The notes under the pieces were generated by a model. That model saw only the letters and a program-made list of their open reading frames with translations, was not told the origin of the DNA and searched no databases. Below are positions 53,836-64,000 of a stretch of 64,000 nt of DNA, piece after piece. The position numbers and the translations under genes were made by a program. The stretch spans positions 103,478,001 through 103,542,000 of the forward strand of contig OX597818.1 in NCBI GenBank assembly GCA_951406725.2. The letters run 5' to 3'. The stretch is from Octopus vulgaris. Lineage: Eukaryota. Position 1 is the stretch's first letter, and each line of letters starts with the position of its first letter.

Positions 53836-54999
53836 ATAGGCGATACCTTATGCATATGCATGTATTGACTCATGCAATATCACATTAATATATAGATGTA
53901 TCTATGATCTGTCATATAAAAGATTTTTCTAATGGTAAATTTGAACGAATGCATCATTTTTATCAATTCAGAAATTAATGTGTACCGAAACAATTCTGCT
54001 TTGTGGCAACATTCAAATATTCTGTTACTTGAAATATAATCTAGATTGATAGGCATATGAAAAATTAGAATGTGATGTCTTGTTCGATGAAACAGTTCCC
54101 TGCTTCAATTTTTGGGATGCATGTAAAATTGTATGTGTGGCACCCAAAATATATAACTGTATACATAGTATTGCAGTGAATTTCCTGATATATTTTCTTC
54201 ATATCTTATCATTTTCATTTATCAGTGCAACTGCTACAATTCTGATAACGTTTCACTTCTGTATTCTCTTATTAACATATACACACTTACACACAAACAC
54301 ACACACTCACACATAGGTTAAACTTTCCCAACATTGCATTAGTTTCAATCAATATAAGCAAGGACTGATCAAATGTTACATACACCCATTTATACATTAG
54401 TGAAAGTTTTGTTTGCACATCATAAAAATATCTTTTGTTCATGCGGGGAATTTTAACCACCGATATAAGTTAGTGAACCACAAGCTCACGTCAAACTAAC
54501 ATTATTTCTTTATGAGAATAAACTGGAAACTAAAACCGTGGGGGAAATAAATACTCTTATTCGGAAGCTAAATGAAGATTAATTTTAACTAGGAAGCACT
54601 AACCTGATATACGACATATTTTACAACAATTAAAAACCAATTTTCAATTAAATACACCGGTTCAGAAATAGTAATTTTTCAGTGAACGAATGTTAACGAT
54701 CTAAAACAGGACAATTCATCTTACGTGATAGATTAGTCCCATTAAACTAATTCACTGACAACTACAGATTCCATCCGGTCTTCCCCGATGTTAGTGTGAT
54801 TATTTGGAAGATTGTTTATAAAACTTGGAAAATATGATACGCAGTTGCAAGCTTGAAAAAAGACACTGAAATAGTTTTTGTTAAGTTTATAAATTGATAG
54901 TGTATACTTAACGCAATAGAGCATGTCTTTGGGATATTGTTTGGTTTTCCCAAAGGAACTGAAAGGCTTGTAACAGGGAAAAGATAAAGAAATAAGTAA

Positions 55000-55340
55000 C
55001 AGTGTAGGGGTTTTTTTCTTGAATAACTGAATGGTTGACTCAGGCCTGACTGGGATGGACCGACGTGCACCGTCTCTATGTTTAGTTCCTCCTTGTTGTT
55101 TGTATGTTGTGTAGCTGCAGTTGTTATGTCGTTCACGTAGGGTAGTTTAAGAAAAACCTTTTCACATTTCGAGCTTTGTAGATGCAGTCGTTTGCCTAAA
55201 GATGGCGGATCGCCACCGTATGCGACAGTTTTGAGGCGCCGCTTGATATGACAGCTTTTGCCATTTATTTCACTGTATCTGCTCTTTTGTGTTTGAGATT
55301 TAGCATTGTAGGTCTGCAGCTTTGGTTCGGGTGGGGGCAC
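55000..55340 (-). pseudogene. Possible Penelope-like RT-to-GIY-YIG linker remnant
   Basis: EKVFLKLPYVNDITT...LNIETV resembles the PLE LPY linker. Confidence 0.4.
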
Positions 55341-55892
55341 GGTTGAATTTTAGCGTACAAACAGATTCATACTGGTCGCTTTTTTTTTATTATCAGAAAT
55401 TAGTTTAAATGGGACCCTTCTATGTGAGAGAGCACTGATGTCGCCAATAACCAGTAAGCGTGTTAAAAATTAATTCTTAACGAGGATAGCTGAATGAACA
55501 AACAGAATATTTATATCGATTTTAACATATTTGTCTTATTAGAACAACGAATACTGCGTTAATAGCCTTGTGAGACCCTCTCACATTGGCGCTTGGGCCA
55601 TAAAAACAAACACATTCTATCTGAAAAGTTGCTGATGCTCGGTATATCATTGTAACGTCGTTTGAAAGGTAAGCGTTGACCGTATGCATCGAACTGATGT
55701 TTTCCAGACGAATGAGATAATATATGAGAATGACCGACAATTCTCGTTTGCTACGCTCTCTGTGTATAGTAGCTACATGAAAGGATATCACCATGTAGGC
55801 ATAAGAAATGATATCTCATAGCTAATAATGCAGTATTCTGTATTCACCTAAGACATCCATGTTAACTTGGATATAAATTTTGCCTTTGTATT

Positions 55893-56105
55893 TATTGTTT
55901 TCTTTTACTTGTTTCAGTTATTGGAATTCGTCGATGTTGGAGCACCGCCTTTAATGGTTTCAATCAAACAAGTCACTCCCAGGATTCAATTTTAAAGCCG
56001 AGGTACTTATTCTACCATCTCTGTTGCCGAGTAACTAGGTAACGGGGAGGTAAAAAGCACAACACCAGTTGTCAAGATGTGATGGGAGACAAAGACAACG
56101 CACAC
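55893..56105 (-). mobile_element. SINE family A, 3' half
   Basis: CTTTTACTTGTTTCAG...GGAGCACCGCCTTTA tail, seen as its reverse complement. Confidence 0.7.
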
Positions 56106-56109
56106 AGCT

Positions 56110-57170
56110 GCACAAGGTCCGACAATGTGGACCACTCAAGAAGAGAGTTGCTGTTGGTTGAGACATATCTAAGTGTAGGTGGTTTATACGGTATTTCCTG
56201 GAGGAATTTGTCTAGTTACCATTTGAAAGTTGTGGTGTTTCTTCTACTTTAATTTCTTTTGGAGATAACATTGAAAAAGCAGGAAAATTTGCTGTGAAGA
56301 AATTGTGTCGCGAAGTTCTTATGTGATGCAATATCGACCTTTGTAGGGGACGAATTGCAAAGGGGCGTAGACGTGGGTGAATTTTAAACATAATACTATA
56401 TCATTTGGATAATATTGGATGAATATTTTCCACATGGTGCAAGTAATGTGTCGCTCACGGAGGCGTTGCAGAGAATAGACTTTCAGCTGTTTAAATCGAG
56501 CCCAATAATCAAGCCCCAACATGTGTTTTATTTTTTGTAGTGATTGATCGTTTTGACGCTTCGATCCTCATTATGTATTGCCTTTTATAGGGGGGCATAA
56601 TGGGCAACAGTATTCGAGTTGGGGCCCAGCGAATGTGGTGAAGAGAAGGAAGATGGTTTTATGATCACCAGTTTGAAAAGTTTTGAGGATCCGTGAACAC
56701 ATTCTACTGGCAACATCGACTTTTTTGTTGATATGCGCAATCCATGTAAGGTTGCTGCCGACAGTTACAGCTAAGTCTCTCGTATTATCCGAGAGTTCAA
56801 ATAGGTCTCCCGAACGTAGTGTATATTGTCGTTTGAGTGTGCCAACTTTTTGAAAGTGGATGAGCTCAAATATTTCTTCGTTTGACTGCATGTTGTTTTT
56901 TTGTGTGTGCTCGCTGGGTTACTGCGCATAGGTCCGATTGAAGCATCGATCGATCATATTCTCCCATAATGACATTCTGGAGCTGAAAATATTTTAATGA
57001 TGTTATGTCCAATGGAATCTGCAATACCATTGATACAGTAAATAAAAAGGTGAACACCGCACAGTACCCTGCCGGACTCCGCTGATGATATTCGGTGGCA
57101 TCAACCACAACATGCTGGGTAGTGTTTGTTAGAAAATACCTAATCCATTGACGTATTATTGAAAACAAAT
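56110..57170 (-). pseudogene. CR1-group LINE reverse transcriptase C-terminal half, frameshifted
   Basis: WIRYFLTNTTQHVVVD, RDLAVTVGSNLTWIAHINKKV, PQLEYCCPL, LDYWARFKQLKVYSLQRLRER, LDKFLQEIP. Confidence 0.85.
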
Positions 57171-57244
57171 TTTTCCAATAATAATACTGTATACGACTTG
57201 CGATGTTTGCCTTGCATTAACGTTTTACCCTCCTCATTAACAAT

Positions 57245-57341
<97 letters not shown>

Positions 57342-57342
57342 A

Positions 57343-57512
57343 TACAATTGCAGCATGAAAGGTGTTTATAAGCCATTTAAAGATACACAAAAAACCGTTA
57401 AATTCACTTAAGCATTTAAATTTAATTTAAAGGATTATAAACGCCTTCCACGCTGCAATTCTTTTTGTTTCAGCACGCGATCTGAGATCAGGTCACTTGC
57501 TATGCAAGTACA
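57343..57512. repeat. Dispersed repeat with internal inversion (family of 38996-39083)
   Basis: AATTGCAGCATGAAAGGTGTTTATAA versus TTATAAACGCCTTCCACGCTGCAATT. Confidence 0.7.
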
Positions 57513-57513
57513 T

Positions 57514-57563
<50 letters not shown>

Positions 57564-57709
57564 TCATATATATACACGTATGTATGTATACGAATTATAC
57601 ATATGTATGTGTGTGTCTGTTTATATACATAACACGTGTCTGTGCATATGTGCACGGACACAAATATACACATACAAACACACACAAACACGCACACACA
57701 TACACTCAT

Positions 57710-57744
<35 letters not shown>

Positions 57745-58494
57745 GGTGTGTATGTACTTGTATGAGTTTCCACATATGGTAACGAAAACAAAACGTTAAT
57801 TCATTACATACTTTCAGCACTAACTTGAAAAATATGACTATGTTAAGGAAAAGTAAATTCTTTTGAAGATTGCTTTTATTATATATGTCAGACAAGACGA
57901 TAAAACAAACAAACAAAAAAAGATCCGGAAGTGCTGAAGTTTTGTGACGTCACCCCACTTCAGTCCACAAGATTTTCACTTTTACACTCTCTGATACTTT
58001 TGCTTATTTATATTGTTATTTTTATTTCGCACCATTTAAAAGTAAGTGCTTCTAACAAGCCATATTATTAGTTGTAGCTATGAAAGTGGGTAAAATATTT
58101 TACGTTGAAAAGTAATAGCTTGTGAGCTAGCAAAATCAAAGAAGACTTTTCCCAAAGAAGAATTGAATCTTGGAGCTAGAGTTCAAAAGTGTGTAATAGT
58201 TACTATTGATTTCCCAAGCATGCATCAAGCTTCCATGCGAAAAATTCGACTATCTGCAACTCGGCTTTCTAACAATATATTAATTTCAAGCAATAAAACC
58301 TAAGATACGACCAAGCGCTAGGGAAATTTGCAGCACTGTGAAATTCTTTGTCATAGATGTACGATAATTGCTAGCAAAGTCTACATTTTACAAGTAGTAG
58401 AGCAGATAATAAAATATGGGCAGAATAGAAGTATGATGTGCAGAAGGCCAGAAAGAGATATTACAAGAAAAATTCTGCCAAAGCATACACACAC

Positions 58495-58531
<37 letters not shown>

Positions 58532-58546
58532 CACATATGTACACAG

Positions 58547-58586
<40 letters not shown>

Positions 58587-59869
58587 TTGTGTGTTTGAGC
58601 GTGTGATCGCTTGTGTGTATATATGTATATATGTAGATACTTACACATAATTTACAAATACAGGCCACAAACATATATATGAGATATATGGAGATGTGTT
58701 CGTAGAGAAATATATAGAAGATTGTAAGTATTGACACGGCCTTAAATAAATCTCGCAACGACACGCAGACGTATGGAGTGTCTATGAGGAAACCGATCAT
58801 GTGTATGTGTACATGTGTGTGTATATATATATATCTTCCTCTCGTCTTCTCTCTCTGAGCGTGTACGTGTCTGCATTTGTGTGTGTGTATGCGTGGATGT
58901 GTGTGCATTTGCGTATATACACTTAGAAGAATTTCTCGATATATATTCACCTCAGAAACATATAGTGAGAGGAAGCCAGAAACACGAAAACATTTATCAA
59001 TTCCATTCCTATATGCTATAGACAAAGCCAAGCATACATAGAAATACACATCAATAAAGATGCAATCAAACGTAAACTATTGAGCTTCTCCATAAAAAGA
59101 AAGGAATATAAAATGTAATGGAGTCTTAGCTTCATTAGAATTAGAAATACTTTTACAATGTGAGTAGAAACTAATTTAAATGTTACTACGAGATATAAAA
59201 ATACCTATGTTAAATTATTCTCAGACGAAACAGAAATATATATGGTAATAGTTTACTTTAAACGGCTGTTTCACTCCATATATGTTGTATCATTGGAACA
59301 TTTATTGCGCATTTTTTTTCTTTTTCTTTCTTCGTTTAGTTCTTGTTATTTAAAAGCTGTGTAAGTGTGACGTGTTATATCTTATATTAAGAACAGTCTG
59401 CAAAAAAAAAAAACGCCATTAATTTTGGTTTCAACTTGCAACAAGGTCATCGTGGTTATATATAATGTATAAAACATAAACAAAATATTCAAAACTAACA
59501 TTTAATGCAGTAAATATTTAAACGTAACACTTGATGCAGTAAATAGCCCGTCATTATTTTGCTTAACCGATTAAGCTAATTTCACTATGGTATTAGGTAA
59601 TACTGACTCTTCAAATAAATGTGTAAATCATATTCTCATTGAAGAATTGTAATAAATGAGATTATCTTGGTAATTCTTGTTTGGTAGGTAACTAAATTAT
59701 TTTTACTAAACCCTAATAGTCCTTCCTATTCATTGCGTATTACTGCACTGTGTATAAATTATCTAAAGTTACTACACTAAAAAAAATCATTAGTGGAGCA
59801 AACGATACCCTAATCCAATTAAGCGACATGTCATGCATCTATTTGGAGGATTCCAGGGACTAGCCTGCT

Positions 59870-61715
59870 ATTGAAAATTGGGGACGGGTGGTATGTGATT
59901 TTTGAACGCATCGAAAAGCTGTCAGTGTGTATAATCCTCTTTGCGGCGATCGAGCGCTGCACCTAGCACGACCCGTCGTCTGACGTTTTGACACCTCCTT
60001 TGGGTCTGGTGTCCTACATCACTCATAAAGTAAATTTGGGAGAACTTTGGTTGTTCATTTGTGGGTAAAAGGGAACCAATGAGGTGACAGCATTGTCCTT
60101 GAACTTAAACATCCATGTTCAGCTATCTCCTTAGTTACACCAAACAGTGCCATTTGAAATGCAGAATTGTATTGTCTGTTATTGTTCAGAAAATGCTTTG
60201 AATAGCTGAAAGTGCCTTCCAGAAGACCTATAAGAGGTTGAGGTGGAGCTGGTAGTGCGACCAATCTTAGCTTACTGCTTGAACAGCATATGCTATTAGT
60301 TTCATTTGGAAATTTTAAAATTTTGCAGAAATGACAATTTGCGTTTAGCACCCCGGAATTATCATTTTATAAGAATGGGACGGATTATATATGTTGTGTG
60401 GACGCTCCGAGACGATGAAATAGACTAGCCCGGAGAGAAAAGTGGAGTTGAGTAGAGGTCATCCGATAACAATACTTGAAAGCAGCTCCAGGAGTTGTGA
60501 AGAACAAATATGTACGTGTTCCGTTTCTGAGGGCTTCTCTATTTGACCTCTGTCTAATCATTAAACGTTGTTTTAAAAATTCAGCGTTAAGCACTGCAGC
60601 ATGCATTTGCTGTTCTTGGGAAAGTTCCATTTCCCTTCTGTATTGAGACTCTATCTGACGTGCTGCAGCATGTCTTTGCTGATCATGATAAAATGTCATC
60701 TCCTTTCTCAGATAAGACTCTCGCCGTCTGTCTTCTACAATCCTCTGTCCTTTATACTTGTTTCTGTAGAAATTACTACTTTCTTTGTTGACATATTTTT
60801 AAATATTGTAAACAAAATATTATGAACATAGAAAAATTATACGTTAATCTCTATTTTTGTAAGCAGTTGTATGTCTTCATTTGTGTTTGCAGTATAAATT
60901 AACCAAATATAAGCAAATTAACCAAAAAGAAGCACATGTATGAACTGCTAATTGAACAGTAAATGCCACAATAATTATATAGATAAATTTCATTTTATAT
61001 ATGTTTTAATTCATAAAACATATTACCACTGTTTTGTTGCTTTAAAACATACAAAATTTTATATATATATATATATATATATGAAGCGCATGCATTAAAT
61101 GATAAAGATTAATATGCAACTGTAAATATCTTACAAACTTGCAACTGCTGTGCTAATTATTGACTGGTAATTGAACGGTAATTTCGTATTTTGATATACC
61201 TTGGACAAGCCCCCTTCTTTATTTATTTTTGTTCTCAAGAGTTTCATCCCCAGCCGTTCGTTATGGCAGTCAACACACATATATTAAAACAACATCCCGC
61301 TGTCGTGGACGTATAGAGAGAAAGTTGCCGACGCGTTATTTTGTTCCCATTAAGATATAAATTATTCATTTATTTCAAATATAATAGAAATAAGAGGATC
61401 TTAGCGTTATCACATCAGAATTTAAAATGTAAGAATAAAATTGAAATAAAGTTATAATGATATGGCATTAGAATTAAAAGTGAAAGAATATAAGTGAAAC
61501 AATATTAAATTTTGACATGTAATACCGAGCCAGTCTAAAAGATTACTCTGGCCCACATAAGGCAGGAAGTTGAAAATATTTTAAGGCATGACACTCCAGA
61601 CACCGTAAGTAATGCATGTATAAAATTTGAATGAAATCGGTTCGGTTCCCTTCGAGTTTTAGGGATTCACACATAGAGACAGTCTGATGCACATTCTCAG
61701 TTTCATATATATGTA
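59870..61715 (-). mobile_element. 5' portion of an autonomous Helitron with RepHel N-terminus (decayed)
   Basis: 60351-60000 reads CHFCKILKFPNETNSICC..KLRLVALPAPPQPL..LL.G...SKHFLNNNRQYNSAFQM..FG, then KVQGQ-like/HLIGSLLP..EQPKFSQIYF, the classic Helitron Rep N-terminus. A Helitron-like 5' leader (AAACTGAGAATGTG...CCGATTTCATTCAAATTTT) lies near 61620-61710. Confidence 0.8.
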
Positions 61716-61734
61716 TATATATATATATATCCCG

Positions 61735-61910
61735 ATCCCGATCACGAGACCGACCAGACCATCAGATGTTGTTACACACCGCTGGTCACAATGCGTTCGC
61801 ATTGTTTTAGCCTTCAAATGACGCCACCCCGCTGGCTAAGCGAGCAGGTCAACAGATGAAAGTGTGAGAGAAAGAGTCCGCTGCCCTAACCACTGGGCCA
61901 TTGCGCCTCC
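61735..61910 (-). mobile_element. SINE family C with internal deletion
   Basis: Minus-strand head GGAGGCGCAATGGCCCAGTGGTTAGGGCAGCGGACTC (box A). Body matches 17842-17958. Confidence 0.85.
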
Positions 61911-61928
61911 ATATATATATATATATTA

Positions 61929-62291
61929 TATTGATTGATTGATTCTAGTTTCAGCTCATGAGCTGTGGCCATGCTGGGGCACCGCCGCCATTTGGTGTTG
62001 CTACATGGTTTTATTTCACGAATGCTTTTTAGCAACTGCCATTTGGTGCATGAGAGAGTTCGATGCAGCTGCCCTCATCTGCACCTCCTGCCGTGAAGTT
62101 GGTTCAACTGGGATACCTGACAAGAAGAGATCCAGTTTCATTTTAAAGACATCTGCATCCACCCCATGCATGTCTCTTAGGTTCTTCGGGAGGATATTGA
62201 AGAGATGTGGGCCTCGGAAGCCCAGGCTATCACAGTATCTTGTCCTACATCTTGATGGAAAATTTGGAGTCCTAGGCACCACGCAGTGGCG

Positions 62292-62292
<1 letters not shown>
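61929..62292 (-). mobile_element. 3' end of a CR1-group LINE with (ATCA)n tail
   Basis: SLGFRGPHLFNILPKNLRDMHGVDADVFKMKLDLFLSGIP C-terminus, 3' stem-loop CAGCTCATGAGCTG, and (AATC)n tail. Confidence 0.85.
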
Positions 62293-62348
<56 letters not shown>

Positions 62349-62919
62349 AGATTAACGTAAAAAATAAATACCAAAAAAGCAAAGTAACACCAAATATATA
62401 GTGCGTGTGTTATTATTGGCTAAAGTGGCAAAATGACCATTCCGAAATATATATATATATATGCAATGAAATATACGTGTCTGAATGTTTTTGATGACTC
62501 GTGTATTATGGAACTTGCAAAATTCATAAAACATATTACCACTGTTTTGTTGCTTTAAAACATACAAACCAAAGCAGAGGGAAAACTGTAGTTAAGTAGT
62601 TAAGAAAATCATCTTCCACCTTACTCTACGTCTGTATTGACAAGTAAAAGAAAACAATTGAATTCCAAGCTTGTTGTAAGGATATCAAAAGTGTCATGGA
62701 CACCCTTAGCATGAAATCTGAATTGTACGGACGAACATACCTTTTTTCACTCCTATAGGAGGCTGAAGCAGACGCGAGCAACTTCAACTTTTAAAATGCA
62801 CGATTAGCTGTATTGATTGTGGTATGGTGACGTAGAAGAGCACATCTGACGGAAAAAAGTCATTGGGATACGCGTGAGCGACATTTTGACCAGAAATATC
62901 ACACACTACTTGTGTATCT

Positions 62920-63114
62920 CTATTACCCTTTACTCGTTACTCTTTTACTTGTTTCAGTTATGTGACTGTGGCTATGCTACAGCACCACCTTTAGTCGAGC
63001 AAATCGACCACATGACTTATTCTTTGTAAGCCTAGCACTTATTCCATCGGTCTCTTTTGCCGACCGCTAAGTTACGGGGACGTAAACACACAATTGAGGT
63101 TGGGTGGACAAACA

Positions 63115-63180
<66 letters not shown>

Positions 63181-63311
63181 AAAACATATATACGACGGGC
63201 TGCTTTCCGTTTCCGTCTACCAAATCCACTCACAAGACTTTGCTCGGCCCGAGGCTATAGTAGAAGACACTTGTCCGAAGTGCTACTTACCACACAGCCA
63301 CTCCCACGCCT
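62920..63311 (-). mobile_element. SINE family A
   Basis: Matches the other copies; internal (CA)n(TA)n. Confidence 0.85.
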
Positions 63312-63352
63312 ATGTAGTGATACACCTATGTATGTATCTCTACAATCATAAC

Positions 63353-63640
63353 AGGCATTCTGTTGCGTCTGAGGAGAGTCATTCTCTTTTAGTTTCTTAT
63401 AATTTAACACAGTCACCGGTAAAATTTCCCTTTATTTCTTTCATATTTTTCTAAAATTTTTGTTGCGTCTTGCAACCTTTTTTAATAGCTTTGGGAGTCA
63501 AATCTATTGAAAAGTTTGCAATACGCAACGAAGATTTTAGAAAAATAAAAAAGAAATAGGTGGAAATATTGCCGGTGAGTGTGTTAAATTATAAGGAACT
63601 AAAAGAGAATGACTCTCCTCAGACACAATAGAGTATGCTT
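63353..63640. repeat. Long imperfect palindrome (about 140-bp arms)
   Basis: GTCTGAGGAGAGTCATTCTCTTTTAGTTTCTTATAATTTAACAC versus GTGTTAAATTATAAGGAACTAAAAGAGAATGACTCTCCTCAGAC. Centre near 63495. Confidence 0.9.
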
Positions 63641-64000
63641 CAACACGCGAACTCACATAAAGAAACTTGCAAACCAAATCCCCAAACGAAATAACAGACA
63701 TTACTCTGCCAATATGACTAAAACAAGCTTTTCTGGAGCAGATTCATGGTTTTCCAAGATTATCGCTTCCCCTCAATAGAATGCACTTCCGCAACGATAT
63801 TCATTCTTCTACAATATTATAATCGGATGGCGTTGACACGATACTGATCAAGCACATTCGTCAATATTATATTTACGAAACTGTTATAGTGCATCCCGTT
63901 CTAGCATTTTCTCCCTTTTGTTCATGATGTTTCCTGCAGTAAAATGGGCAATTGTTACACACTTTTTTGCAGCCCTTTTGCTGACTTATTTCCTATAATT

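Larger units (their letters stand above)
61008..62568. repeat. 48-bp perfect direct repeat (61008-61055 and 62521-62568)
   Basis: AATTCATAAAACATATTACCACTGTTTTGTTGCTTTAAAACATACAAA occurs twice. Confidence 0.9.

Noticed and set aside
63368-63390. CTGAGGA-GAG-TCATT-CTC as a hammerhead
   Set aside because: No GAAA or NUH follows the hairpin.

Overview
AT-rich eukaryotic (metazoan) non-coding DNA. The SINE families, the dense (AT)n/(GT)n/(AAT)n/(GATA)n microsatellites and the transposon mix suggest an octopod cephalopod such as Octopus (inference). I can support no intact host protein-coding gene, and most ORFs in the track are microsatellite artefacts, so the window looks like a large intron or an intergenic stretch. 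It contains at least four tRNA-derived SINE families, CR1-like and R4/Dong LINE remnants, Tc1/mariner fragments and MITEs, one complete non-autonomous Helitron plus two RepHel remnants, and several Penelope-like (PLE) pseudo-LTR insertions. The most notable signal is a set of minimal type I hammerhead ribozyme motifs (CUGANGA...GAAA...NUH with palindromic stem III) in about five unrelated repeat families. Two look structurally complete (45881-45925 + and 30367-30409 -). Several sit in long fold-back (inverted) arrangements, one of them bounded by a 13-bp target-site duplication.
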